Assembly (NCBI GenBank): GCA_012862495.1
Contig: BLSG01000333.1
Span: 69,919-117,925, forward strand
Length of the DNA: 48,007 nt
Direction: 5' to 3'
From: Thraustochytrium aureum
Lineage: Eukaryota
Shown here: positions 43,640 to 48,007 of the stretch, piece by piece
Layout of the letters: each line of letters starts with the position of its first letter
How positions within the stretch are numbered: the stretch's first letter is position 1
Position numbers and translations under genes: made by a program
The notes under the pieces: model-generated
What the model saw: the letters and a program-made list of their open reading frames with translations, nothing else
What the model was told of the DNA's origin: nothing
Database searches by the model: none

Positions 43640-44857
43640 TGCGTCCCAAAGGCGACGGCTGTCTCGTCTCGTCTCGTGGCGAGCGGCGTGTGCTGCGCTG
43701 CGTCACTGGCTCAGCTGCGTTGGGTTGGCTTGCTCTGCTGCGTTGGCCTTCTGGCTACGAGTTCGGTGTCTGGCTCCTGGCTCCGAGGCCGGAGCCTGAA
43801 AAGGNTCGAGGACGGGACCCTGCGCGCTGCGCGACTCGGCGCAAGCAACCAAACGGGCGGACTGGACAACTCGCTTGAAGATCCATTGGTAGCGCTCAGT
43901 GGTGTTCTGTTCTGTGTTCTTTNNNNNNNNNNNNNNNNNNNNNNNNNNNNNNNNNNNNNNNNNNNNNNNNNNNNNNNNNNNNNNNNNNNNNNNNNNNNNN
44001 NNNNNNNNNNNNNNNNNNNNNNNNNNNNNNNNNNNNNNNNNNNNNNNNNNNNNNNNNNNNNNNNNNNNNNNNNNNNNNNNNNNNNNNNNNNNNNNNNNNN
44101 NNNNNNNNNNNNNNNNNNNNNNNNNNNNNNNNNNNNNNNNNNNNNNNNNNNNNNNNNNNNNNNNNNNNNNNNNNNNNNNNNNNNNNNNNNNNNNNNNNNN
44201 NNNNNNNNNNNNNNNNNNNNNNNNNNNNNNNNNNNNNNNNNNNNNNNNNNNNNNNNNNNNNNNNNNNNNNNNNNNNNNNNNNNNNNNNNNNNNNNNNNNN
44301 NNNNNNNNNNNNNNNNNNNNNNNNNNNNNNNNNNNNNNNNNNNNNNNNNNNNNNNNNNNNNNNNNNNNNNNNNNNNNNNNNNNNNNNNNNNNNNNNNNNN
44401 NNNNNNNNNNNNNNNNNNNNNNNNNNNNNNNNNNNNNNNNNNNNNNNNNNNNNNNNNNNNNNNNNNNNNNNNNNNNNNNNNNNNNNNNNNNNNNNNNNNN
44501 NNNNNNNNNNNNNNNNNNNNNNNNNNNNNNNNNNNNNNNNNNNNNNNNNNNNNNNNNNNNNNNNNNNNNNNNNNNNNNNNNNNNNNNNNNNNNNNNNNNN
44601 NNNNNNNNNNNNNNNNNNNNNNNNNNNNNNNNNNNNNNNNNNNNNNNNNNNNNNNNNNNNNNNNNNNNNNNNNNNNNNNNNNNNNNNNNNNNNNNNNNNN
44701 NNNNNNNNNNNNNNNNNNNNNNNNNNNNNNNNNNNNNNNNNNNNNNNNNNNNNNNNNNNNNNNNNNNNNNNNNNNNNNNNNNNNNNNNNNNNNNNNNNNN
44801 NNNNNNNNNNNNNNNNNNNNNNNNNNNNNNNNNNNNNNNNNNNNNNNNNNNNNNNNN

Positions 44858-45642
44858 TGCCTGCCTCTCCTCGCTGGTTGTGAGACACGACGTACTCTAC
44901 GCACAAGTGTGCCGCGGAAGAAAGACTCGCTCGCCAATGCGCAAGTGGACAGTCGGTCCGTGCATGCAGCAAACCAGGAACAGCGGTCGCGAGCTGCTCG
45001 CGAAAGCGCCTAGGGACGACGGCCGCTGGCGGACGAGCTTGAGCGGGCGGCGAGGCTGCTAAAGGCTGCCGAGGAGCATGGACGCCTCGCGGAAAAAAAA
45101 CGACGGCGAAGAGCGCGAGCAAGCGGACGTCCTGGGCGGCCACCGCACTCAACAACCAGCGGAAACGACTGTCGCAGAGCTTACGCGCAGTTCAAGCGCG
45201 GCGGGTGTCCAAGACGATGGAGAGCACAGCCTCTGAGGGCAGCGGCGTGTCGCAGGTGAGCTTTGACGACATCTTCCGGCCAGCGCCTGCACCACCACGC
45301 GACCAGTTCGAGTTCTCCAACCCGGCGCCAATGACCCTCAGCCGGCCCACTAAAGAGCCGGCTGGGGTCAAGGCCACGCGGGCGACGGGGACGACTGCTG
45401 GTTTCCTCCGCAACCTCGAGTATGGGCAGCCGAGCTCTGTGTTCTACGAGTCTGACGAGTCCGACGAGGAGACCGAGTCCGGCAGCGAGGAGTCCGACTC
45501 ACGCGCAAGCGCCTCCAAGAAGCTTGACGAGCACCTAGCAAAAGCAGTCGTATTCATGGTCAAGCGCGACGTTTTGGACGAGTCGCTCAAGCGTGCTCAG
45601 AGAAAGGGAACCAAGCGCGAAACTACTTCCCGAAGCAAGTGA
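44858..45642 (+). CDS. Hypothetical low-complexity protein, probably the 3' part of a gene beginning in or near the gap
   Basis: The frame ending at TGA 45642 is open upstream of the listed ORF (…NNQRKRLSQSLRAVQARRVSKTMES…YESDESDEETES…). A probable frameshift lies at the A8 run 45093-45100. No family recognised. Confidence 0.45.
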
Positions 45643-45967
45643 GACCTTGGCCGCCCTCTCCCTGAAGGAGCTCGAGGTCCGCGCATATTGCTCCTGCACT
45701 TGTTGCCCGCCACGGCGCTGGTGAAAGACAGCGAGAGAACGAGACGCGAGGCTCTCGCCGCCTGCACAGCGCCCGGCCGCATTATTTTGAACATAGAATG
45801 ATTTGTGTGATTACAGCCAAACTCCATGCTTTGCGGCAACGAGCGACAGAGCGCGAAGAGCAACGCGCCCGCTGCGCGCAAACCGACGCGACCGCAAACA
45901 GCGTCGCGCCCCTACCAGACCGCGCAGTGTACAAGGTTGACGACGGATTTGTTGCTCTTCGTTCAGC

Positions 45968-48007
45968 TCAGAGCTTGCGCACGAGGCGCTCGCCCGTCGA
46001 GGCCTCAACTGTCGCCAACGCAAAGCCGTGGATGGGAACGTTGCCACTGATGATGCGCCAGCGCGCGTTTAGATCAATCTTGGACACATCGACCCCACCG
46101 TCCTCCTCCTCCTCCTCCTCGTCGTCGTCTTCCTCAGAGTCGTCTTCATCCGACATGTCCAGGAGGTCCATCCCCAAGCCTGGGTCCGAGGAAGCGCTCT
46201 TCACGCCTGCGCCTTCGTCGGAGTTGCGCCGCAGGCGGCCTGCGGCTGCCTCGCTACCGGCTGTCGTCATCGAGTCGGCGCGAGAGGAACGCCCCCGCGG
46301 ACCCCTCGACTTGCCAAAGGAGCCGCTCGCGCCCCAGTTTTGCGAGGCCTGGCTTTCCTGGGATGCGTCGTCTGCCCCAACAGGCATGCTTCGCTGCTNN
46401 NNNNNNNNNNNNNNNNNNNNNNNNNNNNNNNNNNNNNNNNNNNNNNNNNNNNNNNNNNNNNNNNNNNNNNNNNNNNNNNNNNNNNNNNNNNNNNNNNNNN
46501 NNNNNNNNNNNNNNNNNNNNNNNNNNNNNNNNNNNNNNNNNNNNNNNNNNNNNNNNNNNNNNNNNNNNNNNNNNNNNNNNNNNNNNNNNNNNNNNNNNNN
46601 NNNNNNNNNNNNNNNNNNNNNNNNNNNNNNNNNNNNNNNNNNNNNNNNNNNNNNNNNNNNNNNNNNNNNNNNNNNNNNNNNNNNNNNNNNNNNNNNNNNN
46701 NNNNNNNNNNNNNNNNNNNNNNNNNNNNNNNNNNNNNNNNNNNNNNNNNNNNNNNNNNNNNNNNNNNNNNNNNNNNNNNNNNNNNNNNNNNNNNNNNNNN
46801 NNNNNNNNNNNNNNNNNNNNNNNNNNNNNNNNNNNNNNNNNNNNNNNNNNNNNNNNNNNNNNNNNNNNNNNNNNNNNNNNNNNNNNNNNNNNNNNNNNNN
46901 NNNNNNNNNNNNNNNNNNNNNNNNNNNNNNNNNNNNNNNNNNNNNNNNNNNNNNNNNNNNNNNNNNNNNNNNNNNNNNNNNNNNNNNNNNNNNNNNNNNN
47001 NNNNNNNNNNNNNNNNNNNNNNNNNNNNNNNNNNNNNNNNNNNNNNNNNNNNNNNNNNNNNNNNNNNNNNNNNNNNNNNNNNNNNNNNNNNNNNNNNNNN
47101 NNNNNNNNNNNNNNNNNNNNNNNNNNNNNNNNNNNNNNNNNNNNNNNNNNNNNNNNNNNNNNNNNNNNNNNNNNNNNNNNNNNNNNNNNNNNNNNNNNNN
47201 NNNCGGATCCGACTTGCCCCACGGAAGGTCTGCCCGCGCCAGGCCCTCAGCCTGCACGATGTGCAATATCAGCGTGGAGATTGTGTGGACAACCTCCTTG
47301 GTATCCGCGCTCAGAGGCCACATGCTCACGCTTCTCGGCCGCTGCGGGCTGCTCCGCATTTTGCGCTGGTGAGCCTGCCGAGCGCGGAGGGCGTGAAAGT
47401 CGCGGTCGGAGCACGCCCACTCGTTGCAAGCGTCCTCCACGCCGTCGAGGCCGCCGCTGTCTGGCTCGGCCCGCTTTACGCCGAGTTTGATCCGCGGCCC
47501 ATTCGAGAACTTGGTCACTGTGATCGCCACGTCGCCTGCGGCCAAGGGCGGCGAAGGGGGCTCTAGAGCCTGCTCTACCGCAGCAGCCGTGAACCGCCTA
47601 GCACTGTCCCCCAGCAAGGACGTCCTCCGCTTGCGCGGGGCCGGCGTCTCCGAGTTGCCAGACCCCCCGCTGATCGATTCGAAGAAGAACCCCATGCTGG
47701 CAGCCCGAGGCCGCTCGCTGATCGGGGCGAGCGCGGCCCGTCTCCCCATGACCGCGCCGAGGACTTGCCGAATTCCTCGGATGACCTCCGACTTGAGACG
47801 GCGCCGGGTTCAGCGGGTGTACTTGCAGGCGCGGTGCTCGGCGGCAGCTCAACGCGGGCGATGACGCGCTGCAGGGCCTGGCCCTGCGGAGCCGCCGCAG
47901 CCGGCCTTGTGGCGCCTAGTTGCAGGGGGAGCCACGGGGGGATCTGCTCGTAGAGGACGACCGCGGTGAGCTCGCCACGGCAAGCGCCTGATGACTCTCG
48001 CGTGTCC
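45968..48007 (-). CDS. C2-domain-containing protein, 5'-truncated by the window edge; one gap and a probable frameshift near 47700-47760
   Basis: TLILHIVQAEGLARADLPWGKSDP is a typical C2 domain start. A further open frame at the window edge (GACRGELTAVVLYE) resembles the end of another C2 domain. An acidic D/E tract follows the gap. The exact stop is uncertain. Confidence 0.65.

Noticed and set aside
1275..47566. Long ORFs made mostly of X residues
   Set aside because: Artefacts of translating through N gaps.

Overview
Gene-dense, GC-rich, intron-poor eukaryotic DNA from a draft assembly with 12 N-gaps. Short GT-AG introns carry CTRAC branch points. The gene content suggests a stramenopile-type protist, possibly a labyrinthulomycete/thraustochytrid; this is inference only. 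About 17 protein genes are visible: a DGQHR-domain protein that the ORF track misses, HEATR6, a kinesin-4, a Cys-cluster/RNI-type LRR protein, a class II lysyl-tRNA synthetase, a ~3000-aa LNR-REJ-GPS polycystin-1-like receptor, an HPAT/SGT-like glycosyltransferase, a transportin-3/importin-13-like protein, a TPS-TPP fusion, a GH3 beta-xylosidase, a coiled-coil protein, NIP7, a HAUS2-like protein, a small KTEL-ending secretory protein, an SCP2-type thiolase, a hypothetical 3' fragment and a C2-domain protein. At least 14 single-base frameshifts split these genes, mostly at homopolymer runs, and are most likely sequencing errors. Most notable: the eukaryotic DGQHR (DndB/ParB-like) protein, strict strand alternation across all 17 genes, the channel-less polycystin-like receptor, an apparently degenerate TPS domain and a candidate divergent augmin subunit. 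No rRNA, tRNA, CRISPR array or transposase was recognised.
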